Positions 45,191 to 55,322 of a stretch of 55,322 bases of DNA are shown one piece after another; the stretch's first letter is position 1; the number at the start of each line of letters is the position of its first letter. The position numbers and the translations under genes are program-made. Source of the stretch: Candidatus Amesbacteria bacterium (GTDB lineage Bacteria > Patescibacteriota > Microgenomatia > CAZETR01 > Amesbacteraceae); contig DAHXMV010000006.1 of assembly GCA_027371535.1 (NCBI GenBank), positions 1-55,322 on the forward strand. The letters are read 5' to 3'. The notes beneath the pieces are model-generated. The model saw only the letters and a program-made list of their open reading frames with translations, was not told the origin of the DNA and did no database searches.

Positions 45191-47473
45191 TTATTTTGTA
45201 AATAGTTTTTGTTCACACTGGTAAACAATTTCCCGGGTGCGGCCGATGGCGTCGGGATTGACTGAAATACTTGTTATCCCCCATTTAACCAACATTTCCA
45301 CTAGTTCGGGATACTCCGACGGTGCCTGACCGCAGATGCCGCAGGTGACTCCCTTTTTAGCGCAGGTTTTGACGACTTTTTCCAATGCCCAAAGAACCGC
45401 CGGATTACGTTCATCAAAATTGGGAGCAACCTCACTATTGTCCCGGTCGATACCCAATAAAAGCATAGTCAGATCGTTGCTGCCGATAGATACCCCGTCA
45501 ATACCAACGTCGATAAAGTCGTCTAAAAGGATAACGTTGGCGGGGATTTCACACATCATAAACAGCTTAAACTGGGAGGAACGGTACAAACCACTGGCAG
45601 CTACCAACTTTTTGACCTCAATCATTTCATTGACAGTTGAGACAAAAGGAATCATGAGATTCAAATTTTTGTATCCCATCTGATTTCTGACTTTTTTAAT
45701 AGCTTCCAGTTCCAGATCAAAGACCTCGGGAGTTTTTACATAACGATAGGCTCCCCGAAACCCAAGCATTGGATTGGATTCTTCGGGTTCGTATTTTTCT
45801 CCGCCCTTTAAGGCCCGGTATTCGTTAGTTTTGAAATCAGTAGCCCGGTAAATGATCGGCCGGGGATTAAAAGCCTTGCAAAAGACGGCCAGGTCGGAAG
45901 CAAGTTTATTGATGAATTCATGCTCCTTGTGTTCGGCAATCAGCTTTTTGGGGTGAGTGCCGATACCTGCAATCATAAACTCCGCACGAAGCAAACCAAC
46001 CCCGTCGACATGGCGTTTGGCAATCTCTGCAGCCAATTCTTTTTCTGCCAGATTGACATAGACTTTGGTAGCGGTCTTAAGATTTTTATCCGGTTCGGAT
46101 TTGGCAGGCGGATGGACCTGGGCCGGAGTCATGGGCACCCCGCCCTTGAAAACTTCACCCGTATTGCCGTTGACGGTAATTATCATGCCATCTTTTAAAA
46201 CTTTGGTAGCGGTAGTAGTACCGACAACGCAGGTTACCCCCAATTCGCGGGAGACGATGGCGGCATGAGAAGTGAGGCCGCCGCGATTGGTTACAATTCC
46301 CAGAGATTTTTTCATAGCCGGGACAAAATCCGGTGTAGTCATGTCAGTAACCATTACATCTCCGGATTTAACCTTGTCCAGATGCCTGATGTCATCCACC
46401 ACCCTGACCGGGCCGGTAACAATTCCGGGTGATGCGGGAGCACCGGTGAGAATTTTTTCCAAATTAATTTTAGGTTCTTTTTCGTCGTGTTTGGCAGCTT
46501 CCTGGGCGGTCAGAGTGGTGATAGGGCGAGCCTGGGTGATATAGAGTTTTCCGCCTTCAAAAGCCCATTCGATATCCTGGGGGAAAAAATAATGATGATG
46601 TATCCGTTTGCCGATTTGCGCCAATTCCAGGATTTCCTTATCCGGAAGTTTTTGTTTTTCCTGAAGTTTATGATCAACTTTAACCTGTTTGACGCCTTCT
46701 TTCTGGCGTATTTCCATGACTTCCTGGCGGGAAATATTTTTGACGGTTATTTCCAATCCGGATTTGTTAATTTCATAGTGATCCGGCGTTACCACCCCCT
46801 GGACGATGTAATCCCCCAACCCGAAACCGGCTTCGATCACAAGCTTATTTTTATCCTGGGTAATGGGATCAACGGTAAACATGACTCCGGAGACTTCCGA
46901 CTGGATCTGTTTCTGAACAGGAACGGCGATACCGACTTTGAAATGATCAAAATGCTGCTGTTCCCTGTAAAAAATACTTCTGGCTCCGAACAGCGACATC
47001 CAGCACTCTTTGACCTTTAAAAGAACATTGGCATCACCGCTGATATTCAAATACGATTCCTGTTGACCGGCAAAGGAAGCTTCGGGAAGATCTTCTGCAG
47101 TAGCAGAAGAACGGACAGCCACCGCCAGATGGCGGCCGGTAAGCTGATCTTCGCTTTCCAGCTCGTGATATGCCAAAAATATTTCCCGGCTGATTTCTTC
47201 AGGAATATCTGCCTGTTTTAAAAATTTTTCAATCTGGGCAGAAGCTTTGTTTAGCTGATCCGAATCCTGCAAATCATAACCGGACAGAATCCGGTGAATA
47301 TGGGGACGCAATTTATTGGCCTCAAGAAAATGAAAATAAGCCGATGATAAAACCACAAATCCGGGAGGTACGGGAATCTGGGCCTGAGTCAGTTCACCCA
47401 AATTGGCCCCCTTTCCTCCGGCAATGGGGATATCCTCTTTGGATAATTCTTTAAACCATTTGACGAATTTCAT
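45191..47473 (-). CDS. ppsA: Phosphoenolpyruvate synthase
   Basis: GGKGANLGE, AVRSSATAEDL, GGLTSHAAIVSRE and SIGSNDLT motifs. Confidence 0.96.
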   Translation of the reverse strand: MKFVKWFKELSKEDIPIAGGKGANLGELTQAQIPVPPGFVVLSSAYFHFLEANKLRPHIHRILSGYDLQDSDQLNKASAQIEKFLKQADIPEEISREIFLAYHELESEDQLTGRHLAVAVRSSATAEDLPEASFAGQQESYLNISGDANVLLKVKECWMSLFGARSIFYREQQHFDHFKVGIAVPVQKQIQSEVSGVMFTVDPITQDKNKLVIEAGFGLGDYIVQGVVTPDHYEINKSGLEITVKNISRQEVMEIRQKEGVKQVKVDHKLQEKQKLPDKEILELAQIGKRIHHHYFFPQDIEWAFEGGKLYITQARPITTLTAQEAAKHDEKEPKINLEKILTGAPASPGIVTGPVRVVDDIRHLDKVKSGDVMVTDMTTPDFVPAMKKSLGIVTNRGGLTSHAAIVSRELGVTCVVGTTTATKVLKDGMIITVNGNTGEVFKGGVPMTPAQVHPPAKSEPDKNLKTATKVYVNLAEKELAAEIAKRHVDGVGLLRAEFMIAGIGTHPKKLIAEHKEHEFINKLASDLAVFCKAFNPRPIIYRATDFKTNEYRALKGGEKYEPEESNPMLGFRGAYRYVKTPEVFDLELEAIKKVRNQMGYKNLNLMIPFVSTVNEMIEVKKLVAASGLYRSSQFKLFMMCEIPANVILLDDFIDVGIDGVSIGSNDLTMLLLGIDRDNSEVAPNFDERNPAVLWALEKVVKTCAKKGVTCGICGQAPSEYPELVEMLVKWGITSISVNPDAIGRTREIVYQCEQKLFTK

Positions 47474-47499
47474 ATAGGCAGTATTTAATATTAGTATAC

Positions 47500-48501
47500 C
47501 TACTTTAAACGGTCTTTAAAATAGTCAACCCAGGGTATCGGACCGGGGTCAACATTATTTAACTGAGACAGGGAATAGGATAAAAATCCTCCGGCCTGAA
47601 TCAGTTCAAAAACTTCAAAAACCGGTGAAGGGCCGGAAACCTGAAAATCGGAGAAGCCGATGTGCTGTTTGGTTAAAACGTCTTTGGTAACAGGATATCT
47701 TTTTTGCAATTCGGGATGGTAATGCCGGGATTCAAAGAAAACAAAATGCAAATTCTGCGGGTTGGCAGCAGGAAAGGCCAGACCTTCCATCAAATGATGG
47801 TTCAGTTCCGGAAGATCAAAAGCGACACAAAAGTTTTTGGCCGTTTCGTTAATCTGATTTTTCAGGCAGTGGACGGCCCCTTTTAAATGTTCGCTGGAAA
47901 CCAAGACCGGAATTTTCCCGGTTAATGCCTGTGCCAACCGGTTACCAGCCTCAGGTTGCTGGCGGCTTTTTAAATATTTGGGCAAGTCATTAAAATCCGG
48001 AGGAGAACTCATTAATTTACCCATGACCAAAAGCCTTATGATGGCGGTTAAACTATACCCCAAACCCATACGGGGCTGGCCGGAAGGATTATTTACCGGT
48101 TTAAAAATATAACCCGGTAAATTCAGATCTGTAGCTTTTTGGGCTAATTTACCGCCGCCGGTTAAAATGAAGATCCGGGCTTGCCTTTTGATAGCCTCTT
48201 CCAGAGAAAATAAGGTTTCCGCGGTATTGCCCGAATAACTGGAAATAATAACCAGGGAGTCGTGGTTAACAAAGTTGGGCAGATAATATTCGGTGGAAAC
48301 GGTGACCGGATAATTCAATGCCTGTCTTTCCAAATAATTTAATACCCGTCCGCCCAGAGCCGAACCACCCATTCCGGAGACGACGATGTTTTTAATATCT
48401 GAAAAAACAGGGAGGTTAAGGGAATTATCCATATCAGTAATCACCTGCGCACACTGGTCAGGAAAAGCTTTTGCGGATGGCAAGATGTTCAGAGTATCCA
48501 C
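47500..48501 (-). CDS. Bifunctional phosphoglucose/phosphomannose isomerase (SIS fold)
   Basis: SGMGGSALGG, SYSGNTAET, QPRMG, NETAK and PELNHH motifs. GTG start at 48501 assumed. Confidence 0.9.
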   Translation of the reverse strand: MDTLNILPSAKAFPDQCAQVITDMDNSLNLPVFSDIKNIVVSGMGGSALGGRVLNYLERQALNYPVTVSTEYYLPNFVNHDSLVIISSYSGNTAETLFSLEEAIKRQARIFILTGGGKLAQKATDLNLPGYIFKPVNNPSGQPRMGLGYSLTAIIRLLVMGKLMSSPPDFNDLPKYLKSRQQPEAGNRLAQALTGKIPVLVSSEHLKGAVHCLKNQINETAKNFCVAFDLPELNHHLMEGLAFPAANPQNLHFVFFESRHYHPELQKRYPVTKDVLTKQHIGFSDFQVSGPSPVFEVFELIQAGGFLSYSLSQLNNVDPGPIPWVDYFKDRLK

Positions 48502-48511
48502 AAGAAATATC

Positions 48512-49162
48512 CTAAAGCTTTGATACCCAAAGTTCAAGCGCAAAGCCCAAATTAAAAGGCGATGCCGAAGTTTTCTGACGGTAATCGATATCCAGAAGCC
48601 CCAGATATGAGGTTTTTAAAATATCCAGAGAAAAATCAGCTGACTGCCGTGCAAGTTTGGCAGATTGCCAGGACGGAAAATTACCCTTCCCCAGTTTAAA
48701 CAGCAAAAGTTTTCTGATCTGGCCGACCGTAAGGGCAAAAATCTGTTCCGGTGCGGTGTATTGCAGGGATTTTGCCAAAGATTCCCGGGAAAAACTATCT
48801 AAAAACTGGTAAACATATTTGGGTAAATCAAAAACCCTGGACACTGGTGAAGAAAATGATTTAATGTGTAAAGAGACATTTTTTGATTCCCATATATAAA
48901 TTTCACAATCCTGATGAGTTACCAGGTAATCAAGAATAAGTTTTTTTTCCCGACCGGGACGGGATGAAAAGAAATTTTCTATAAATACGGCAGGAGTTTC
49001 TTGAAAAAGAGACATGGTTTGAAGAGACAGGAGAAGGTCGGTTAAAGTCAGTTTACCGCCGTCCAGAGCAATAATCTGACGGCCCAGGGATATGGTCTTG
49101 GTTCTGGTTTCAATAAAGTAATTACGGGAGGCAATCTGATCGTCACCGTGAATAACGATCAT
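48512..49162 (-). CDS. holA: Short DNA polymerase III delta subunit-like protein
   Basis: MIVIHGDD, QTMSLF and LLDIDYRQKTS motifs. Only 216 aa. Confidence 0.65.
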   Translation of the reverse strand: MIVIHGDDQIASRNYFIETRTKTISLGRQIIALDGGKLTLTDLLLSLQTMSLFQETPAVFIENFFSSRPGREKKLILDYLVTHQDCEIYIWESKNVSLHIKSFSSPVSRVFDLPKYVYQFLDSFSRESLAKSLQYTAPEQIFALTVGQIRKLLLFKLGKGNFPSWQSAKLARQSADFSLDILKTSYLGLLDIDYRQKTSASPFNLGFALELWVSKL

Positions 49163-49554
49163 ATTTCGTATGATTTCGTGGTAAGTAAATTAAAAAGCTG
49201 ATCAACCCGGTCATGATAATGGCGGAAAGTGCGGTAACGGCCGCTGCGATGAGGGGCCAGACTGCCGGAAAATGTTTTAGGAATATGCAACAATTCATGA
49301 ATCAGGGTTTTTTCCTGCTGGGGCAGTGACTGGCGGTCGAATTTTTCAGAGATGACTTCAATACAATAACCAGGAGGAATATTTAATGCCAGCTGCCAGA
49401 TTTTGGGCAAGGACCAGATACGGGCGATGGCCAGGGACGAGGAACCCAGGCTTTTAAAACAATATATATTATCCCGGCGAATATTTTTCATGTCCAATGC
49501 CGTGATCAAAAAACTGATACGACGTTTAATTTCAGGAGAAGAAACCCATTTCAT
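49159..49554 (-). CDS. Putative zinc metallopeptidase
   Basis: LIHELLHIP (HExxH) and ARIWSLP motifs. Confidence 0.8.
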   Translation of the reverse strand: MKWVSSPEIKRRISFLITALDMKNIRRDNIYCFKSLGSSSLAIARIWSLPKIWQLALNIPPGYCIEVISEKFDRQSLPQQEKTLIHELLHIPKTFSGSLAPHRSGRYRTFRHYHDRVDQLFNLLTTKSYEI

Positions 49555-49555
49555 A

Positions 49556-51025
49556 TCAGGGGGAGTTTAACACAACCGCATCACCGATTTTAACCCCGTG
49601 CCGGGATATATAACCGGCATTGACTTCCAAAACATTATCTACAGGATACACCGAAGATAAGGTTTCAGGTTTATCAGATATATCTTTCGGCGGAGGAATA
49701 TTTTCGGATAAATTAACTACCCGGTGGTTATTAATCCAGATGAAATCCAGGGGGAAATTCATATCTTTCATCCAGAAATACTGAACCGAAGATACGGGAA
49801 ATTCAAATAGCATGCCGGAATTTTGAGAAAGGGATTTACGATAAGAAAGACCCCGTTCACGGGCGGGTTCATTATCGGCAATTTCAACTGTGACACTGTT
49901 TTCCCCAACGGTTAAAATCGGAGAAGAGGGAAAGAAAAAATGACTGAGTTTGTTGATAAAGTTTTCATTCTGCGGCGGTGACTGCGAAGAGGCGGTAGCT
50001 GACTCGGCAGGTATGAAGTTTTGATTTAAGGGATTTAAAAGCGGCGAGCCGGAAATTTTAGCCAGATTAAAGATTTCCTGATATGAGTTTTTGGGCTTAT
50101 GATTTATATCCGTTAATGAAAATGGCATAAAATTTCCCGCACCGGCAAACAAAACAAACGGTGTGATCGCCACAATATTCTTATCAAGCCAAACCTGATT
50201 AAAGGCAATTTTATAAAAATCGTTTTGACCGATATATCCTGTTTCAGTAATAAAGACGGGTTTAGGGCTATAACCCAAAGAAGTTAATAGGTTAACTTCA
50301 TAGCGGTAACTGGAAATTCCGAAGCGACCGGGGGATAGGGGGGAAGACAAAAAACCGGGATTGGGATAAGCATGAACTGCCAGTCCATCAATGGCACTGT
50401 ACCAACCGGGTACCAGACGGCTCATTTGGCGATAAAACAATAATGCATCCATGGAGGTGGGACTATTCGGAGAGGACATATCCAGCCCGGCACTTAATAT
50501 AAAAAAATCATCCGAACGGGATTTAAATATATCCCTGGCCTGTATCAATATTGAGGCATAATCTCCCGGAGAGACCGATCCTCCCCATTCCGTGGCATGA
50601 TTGGGTTCGTTAAATATGACCAGATAGCGGTTTTTGGTCGGCCAGGGCATATCGTTTAGGAAATTTGCAAAATCCACCAGGTCATAGCTGTCCGGTTCCA
50701 CCCAGGTATCACCGTTGATATAAGTGGCTAATCTGATTATCGGAATGAGATGTTTTTGGCCGGCAGTGATAAAAAAACGCTGCCACTTTGGGCGGTCCAA
50801 ATCATCACTTCTTAAGGGAATGGTAACATAACCCCAATTTCCGCCGTGACTGTTTACCAAATCCGATGCATTAAATATTTCATCGGGTTGAAATATGTGT
50901 ACCCCGACACGGTTATTGGGAACGTTTAAAGGATCAACAATGGCTTTAACGGGTGAAATTACAAATGACAAATTACATATTGCAAATAAAAACCAATATA
51001 AAAACAACAATTTAACAAGCCGCAT
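49556..51025 (-). CDS. Clan GH-A-like glycoside hydrolase fused to DUF192
   Basis: FNEPN acid/base, VHAYP, ITETG nucleophile. C-terminal ERGLSYR...GMLF...FWMKDMNFPLD...VLEVNAG. Confidence 0.85.
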   Translation of the reverse strand: MRLVKLLFLYWFLFAICNLSFVISPVKAIVDPLNVPNNRVGVHIFQPDEIFNASDLVNSHGGNWGYVTIPLRSDDLDRPKWQRFFITAGQKHLIPIIRLATYINGDTWVEPDSYDLVDFANFLNDMPWPTKNRYLVIFNEPNHATEWGGSVSPGDYASILIQARDIFKSRSDDFFILSAGLDMSSPNSPTSMDALLFYRQMSRLVPGWYSAIDGLAVHAYPNPGFLSSPLSPGRFGISSYRYEVNLLTSLGYSPKPVFITETGYIGQNDFYKIAFNQVWLDKNIVAITPFVLFAGAGNFMPFSLTDINHKPKNSYQEIFNLAKISGSPLLNPLNQNFIPAESATASSQSPPQNENFINKLSHFFFPSSPILTVGENSVTVEIADNEPARERGLSYRKSLSQNSGMLFEFPVSSVQYFWMKDMNFPLDFIWINNHRVVNLSENIPPPKDISDKPETLSSVYPVDNVLEVNAGYISRHGVKIGDAVVLNSP

Positions 51026-51049
51026 AAGAAGATTATAAATTTTTTGAAA

Positions 51050-51583
51050 TTACTTTTTGACGGAAGAGCGACGGACATGGCAGATCGCCAAAGCCAGAGC
51101 GTCAGCCGCATCGTCAAAATGAGTTTTGTTTTGCTTTTTATTGCGGGTTTTGCCATCGCGCAATTCATTTAACTTATTGCCCCTGATCCCCAACATTTTT
51201 TTGACAGACATTTTCATCAGGGTTTTATCGGCTTTTCCGGAACCACCCACATACAGTTTTACCTGCATCGGAGTGTAATCTATCACCGGGACATGATGGC
51301 GGTGGATGGCCAGTTTTATCACTCCGATAGCCTGACCGACGGAAATCGCCGTCAGGGCATTGGTAGCGAAAAAGAGCCTTTCTATAGCTACGACTTCCGG
51401 CGAATAGCGTTCCAGTATTTCAGAAACGCCATCATAGATCAGTTCCAAGCGCTGTCCGTGAGAAAGATCTTTGGAAGTACTTACCAAACCAAAATCGATT
51501 AAGGTATAGCGGTCATTTCCCAGGGAATCAATAACTCCGTAACCGGTTGTAGCCGTCCCCGGATCAATGCCTAAAATTTTCAT
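51050..51583 (-). CDS. ruvC: Holliday junction resolvase RuvC
   Basis: ILGIDPG, VAIERLFF, GSGKADK and DDAADALALA motifs. Confidence 0.97.
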   Translation of the reverse strand: MKILGIDPGTATTGYGVIDSLGNDRYTLIDFGLVSTSKDLSHGQRLELIYDGVSEILERYSPEVVAIERLFFATNALTAISVGQAIGVIKLAIHRHHVPVIDYTPMQVKLYVGGSGKADKTLMKMSVKKMLGIRGNKLNELRDGKTRNKKQNKTHFDDAADALALAICHVRRSSVKK

Positions 51584-51611
51584 ATGACAGGTTTATAATC
51601 CTTAGCAGGAA

Positions 51612-52370
51612 ATGAAATATATTATTTTAACAATCTCTATCATTGTAGCAGGTATTTTTGTTTACCAGAATTTAAAAGTAGTTACCCCGAAGGTTATATC
51701 GGATAAAATTGCAGAGACACCAACCGCAGTACCTGTTAAGACAATCACGTTTAACGAAGTGACCCGGGGATACAGCCTTGTAAATAATATAAACCCTTCC
51801 AAACTGAGGCTGGTCCCAAATTTCGGTTCCCGGATCCCCAGCCGGAAACTAATGGCGGATAATAACTGTACTTATGGCATAAACGGAGGATTTTATGATG
51901 ATAAAAACCGGCCAATCGGTTTATTTAGATATTCCGGAAAAGATATCAGCCCGCTTAAAAAAAGCCAGATTTTCAACGGAATAATCAGCCTTGTTAACGG
52001 AAAACTGAATATTGGGGATAAAGCCCTGACTGATGCACAAACATGGCTGCAAACCGGCCCGATCCTGATAAGCGAACAGAAAACGGAAGGATTGGAAATC
52101 GCAAATGATAAATCAGCCAGAAGAATGGTTTTTGCCAAAAATATATCAGGAAATGCCATGTTTATATCTATTTTTGATCCGGAAACAGAAAAAAGCGGTC
52201 CATTTTTATCCGAAATGCCAGGAATTCTGCAGAAAATATCCCTGAAGGAGAACCTGGGGATTTCGAATGCCGTCAATCTGGACGGGGGCCGGGCCTCGGC
52301 TTTTTACGGTGAAGATAAAATATTGCCGGAAACAGATACGGTCGGCAGCTGGTGGTGTGTGACAAAATAA
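51612..52370 (+). CDS. Phosphodiester glycosidase (NAGPA/DUF2233) family protein
   Basis: INGGFY, QTGPIL, ARR and AVNLDGG motifs. Confidence 0.85.
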   Translation: MKYIILTISIIVAGIFVYQNLKVVTPKVISDKIAETPTAVPVKTITFNEVTRGYSLVNNINPSKLRLVPNFGSRIPSRKLMADNNCTYGINGGFYDDKNRPIGLFRYSGKDISPLKKSQIFNGIISLVNGKLNIGDKALTDAQTWLQTGPILISEQKTEGLEIANDKSARRMVFAKNISGNAMFISIFDPETEKSGPFLSEMPGILQKISLKENLGISNAVNLDGGRASAFYGEDKILPETDTVGSWWCVTK

Positions 52371-52406
52371 TTTAAAATTTAATGTTTTATATGTACAATT
52401 AACGGA

Positions 52407-53489
52407 ATGGCCAGATTAACTTACGAAGAACTGATTGACAAACATCTGCAGATTTTAAAAAGCCTGGAATACCAGACCGGGTTATTTGCAGCTTCAAAAA
52501 AGGGAACCGGTGAAGGTTACGACAAATCATGGCTGAGGGACAATTTTTACGAGACGCTGGCATTCGAAGTTATCGGCGACTGGAAAACGGTGGAAAATAC
52601 CTACCGGGCGATTCTGGAAATATTTTTGCGATACGAAGACAAAATCGACTGGGCAATAAACCATAAACCCCAGGCTCCGTTTCAGTATATCCATGCCAGA
52701 TTCCACCCCGAAACTTTTGATGAATTCTGGGAGGAATGGGGCAACAAACAGAATGACGCCATCGGCTGTATCCTGTTCCGTCTGGGGGAACTGGAAATTA
52801 ATCAGAAAAGATCGATTTTAAAAACCCCGGATCACATCAGAATCGTGAATAAGCTGGTGAAATACCTGCAGTCCATTGAATACTGGCACGACCGGGATTC
52901 AGGTATGTGGGAGGAGGGGGAAGAGATGCGTTCATCATCAGTGGGAGCATGTGTGGCCGGCCTGAAATCCATATCCAGAATACCGGATATAGAAGTACCC
53001 AGGGTATTGATCCGGGAAGGAGAGAAAACCCTGAATGAATTATTACCCAGGGAATCGGTAGGCCGATTTGTGGATCTGGCCCTGCTGTCCCTGATTTGGC
53101 CCTATGAGGTGGTTACAGAAGAACAAAGAAACAGGATTCTGGAAAATGTTGAATACCATTTGCTGCGCGAACGCGGTGTCATCAGATATAAAAATGACCG
53201 TTATTTTAATAAAAACCCGGACGGATACAGCGAAGAAGCCGAATGGACTTTCGGACTGTCATGGCTGGCGATCATCTATCAGAAAAACGGCAACCAGAAA
53301 AAAGCTGAAGAACTATTAAAAAACCTGATTGCCGAAGACACTCCCCATGGACTCCCGGAATTATATTTTTCCAATTCACCCGACTACAATGAAAATACCC
53401 CTCTGGGGTGGAGCGAATCTTTGTTTATAGTGGCTTTATACGAAATGAACATGAGAATGGAAGAGGATGAAAATAAAGTAAACGCATGA
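52407..53489 (+). CDS. Glycoside hydrolase family 15-like (glucoamylase/phosphorylase-kinase-like) protein
   Basis: SWLRDN, KQND, DSGMWEE, LPELY and PLGWS motifs. Confidence 0.9.
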   Translation: MARLTYEELIDKHLQILKSLEYQTGLFAASKKGTGEGYDKSWLRDNFYETLAFEVIGDWKTVENTYRAILEIFLRYEDKIDWAINHKPQAPFQYIHARFHPETFDEFWEEWGNKQNDAIGCILFRLGELEINQKRSILKTPDHIRIVNKLVKYLQSIEYWHDRDSGMWEEGEEMRSSSVGACVAGLKSISRIPDIEVPRVLIREGEKTLNELLPRESVGRFVDLALLSLIWPYEVVTEEQRNRILENVEYHLLRERGVIRYKNDRYFNKNPDGYSEEAEWTFGLSWLAIIYQKNGNQKKAEELLKNLIAEDTPHGLPELYFSNSPDYNENTPLGWSESLFIVALYEMNMRMEEDENKVNA

Positions 53490-53498
53490 TTATAAGAG

Positions 53499-53963
53499 CT
53501 ACCTGAAGACTGAAAACCACAAGTTCCTGTCTACCAAACAAATGGTCAGGAAGATGATTAGAGCCACCAAGGCGAATATTAAAGAAGTGATTATCATATT
53601 GGTAAACGTGCCTAAAAACAGTTCACCTATGTCATCTTTAAGTGTCATTCCCCAGTGATTACGGCCCACGTACACCAGATAATCCATTAAGATATAAAAA
53701 ATCATCATCAAGTACTGATAATTTGCAGACAGATTTATACCTGCAAATAATAGCGATGTCTCCAAACACCAGACCGAACCTTTCAGAAAAACCAGGAAAA
53801 GCCAGGCAAGAAACGATAATTCCACAATAAACAATACGCCGCTAAAAATACCAGAGAAAAACGATTTCTTACGACCATTAAAAAAGTCGTACCTGAATAG
53901 TCGCCAGACAATCGGGAAAATTACTATCAAAACATCCAGTCCGGTAATACTGACCGCCTGCAT
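53499..53963 (-). CDS. Hypothetical membrane protein
   Basis: 154 aa with 4 hydrophobic segments. Confidence 0.6.
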   Translation of the reverse strand: MQAVSITGLDVLIVIFPIVWRLFRYDFFNGRKKSFFSGIFSGVLFIVELSFLAWLFLVFLKGSVWCLETSLLFAGINLSANYQYLMMIFYILMDYLVYVGRNHWGMTLKDDIGELFLGTFTNMIITSLIFALVALIIFLTICLVDRNLWFSVFR

Positions 53964-54218
53964 ATATACCTTAAATTATCTTATCAAATTTTTTATTTAT
54001 TTTATAAATGTCATCTTTCTTTTAATTCATTAATATCAGTAGTCTTAACAATTTGTAGTAAAGGGACTACGATTATTACTTTTTAGACTTATCCTTGCAC
54101 TATATCTCTGATTTATTCCTATCTCTTAAATATCCTTATTTATAAATAGTGAGCAAGAATTTAACATTTTTAAAAGCCGTTATTTTCAAAATTATGAAAG
54201 AATACTATATTATTTTGA

Positions 54219-54695
54219 GTGAACGATATATACCTTAAATACGGTTACATAATGCTTCCGGTTGATTTAAAGCTGTTTCCTGAAATAGAAATTAACAATA
54301 TAAAATTCTTTAGTAAAAGCAATTATCATGTCAGCCTAGTAAATCTTTGTGATTATTCCGAAGCGCAACAGGAAAAAATTTTTGAGTATGCGCAGATATT
54401 TACGAGGGATTACCCGATTAAAATTAAAGAATTAACACACACTTTCAGATTAGTAACCGAAAATGATCAACGATCGATCATAGTTCTGGTTGAAATGTCG
54501 GGATTAAATCAATTAATTTCTTCCATAAACAAGCATTTCGATTATGAATTTGCATATCCTCCGACCCATATCACTCTTTACACCCCAAAAGGCCAATTCG
54601 GTATTGGAATCGATACCCAAGAAAGATATCAGCAACTAACGCAGGTGATTGATTCCCAAAAAACCAAGAAACTTATAAATTCTTTTTTGAAATAA
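54219..54695 (+). CDS. 2H phosphoesterase superfamily protein
   Basis: Two Hx(S/T)x motifs, YHVSL and THITL. Confidence 0.75.
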   Translation: MNDIYLKYGYIMLPVDLKLFPEIEINNIKFFSKSNYHVSLVNLCDYSEAQQEKIFEYAQIFTRDYPIKIKELTHTFRLVTENDQRSIIVLVEMSGLNQLISSINKHFDYEFAYPPTHITLYTPKGQFGIGIDTQERYQQLTQVIDSQKTKKLINSFLK

Positions 54696-54832
54696 TAAAA
54701 ACCGGTGAGACAGAATTTAGTAAGTTCATATACTGTTGGTAATATCTTGAGAGAATATTATCTAATTTTTGAAGAGTTATTTAACTTATTGGTTGATAGT
54801 AATATAAAGGGGTATATTTTATTAAACAATTT

Positions 54833-55162
54833 ATGTTTCAAAAATTAAAAAACTTTCCTTCCACATATACAGTATTAATAGTTTTTGGGTTATATGCCAT
54901 CACGTCACTTATTCAATTTTATTCTCCTTGTGATACGGTACTTTGCTCAAATTTTACAACGACAACAACTAATTTGATAATGCTCTTATTTAGCCGACTT
55001 TTAATCATATGGGGAGCCACATTCGCTTTATTGAAGGTTATAATTAAAAATGAGGAAAAAAGAAGGATAATACGTAATGTCTCTATGTTTTTATTCGGTT
55101 TTTATTTTTGTATAATACTTTTCTTCAAAATAATACCATCGACACTAAATCTATTTTTTTAG
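54833..55162 (+). CDS. Hypothetical membrane protein
   Basis: 109 aa, three hydrophobic helices, AT-rich. Confidence 0.55.
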   Translation: MFQKLKNFPSTYTVLIVFGLYAITSLIQFYSPCDTVLCSNFTTTTTNLIMLLFSRLLIIWGATFALLKVIIKNEEKRRIIRNVSMFLFGFYFCIILFFKIIPSTLNLFF

Positions 55163-55322
55163 TGAGCCATTTGTCCCGCAGGCGGAACCCTACCTCGAGA
55201 GCATGATTGAAATTTCATCTAAGTTGAAGGAATTAGGTTTCAGTTTGTCAAGTATCCCTTTTGGTGTACACACCTTCTAAGAACGCTGATTGTAAATGTG
55301 CTTGAATTGGATCGGTGACATT

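Noticed and set aside
1-55322. Stop-codon reassignment (code 25, TGA=Gly)
   Set aside because: Conserved genes such as eno and uvrB end at TGA at their expected lengths and are not fragmented under code 11.

Overview
This window is chromosomal DNA from a small-genome bacterium, most consistent with Patescibacteria/CPR (Microgenomates-like). That assignment is an inference from the gene repertoire, the many leaderless genes and a tRNA-Arg(UCG). The genetic code is standard (code 11). The left half holds the 3' part of a giant repetitive surface protein with two autoproteolytic-chaperone-like domains, membrane and secreted proteins, a VirD4/TrwB-like ATPase and seven tRNAs (Pro, Gly, Arg-UCG, His, Arg-UCU, Lys, Gln). 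Several of the tRNAs are flanked by degenerate copies of themselves interrupted by short palindromic (REP-like) elements. The right half is housekeeping: secG, uvrC/uvrA/uvrB with divergent lexA, dedA/rsmI, a pgi-ppsA-eno-gpmI cluster, holA-like, ruvC and glycoside hydrolases. The most unusual locus is 19.4-23.4 kb. There a ~1.65-kb unit consists of a hairpin-rich ~440-nt leader and ~430-nt trailer with long-range complementarity across a secreted Pro/Thr-rich ORF. It ends in a type III hammerhead ribozyme candidate carrying a palindromic insertion in stem II. A membrane-anchored protein with sortase-like and CHAP-like motifs follows. All RNA pairings were found by eye and none has been computationally folded.
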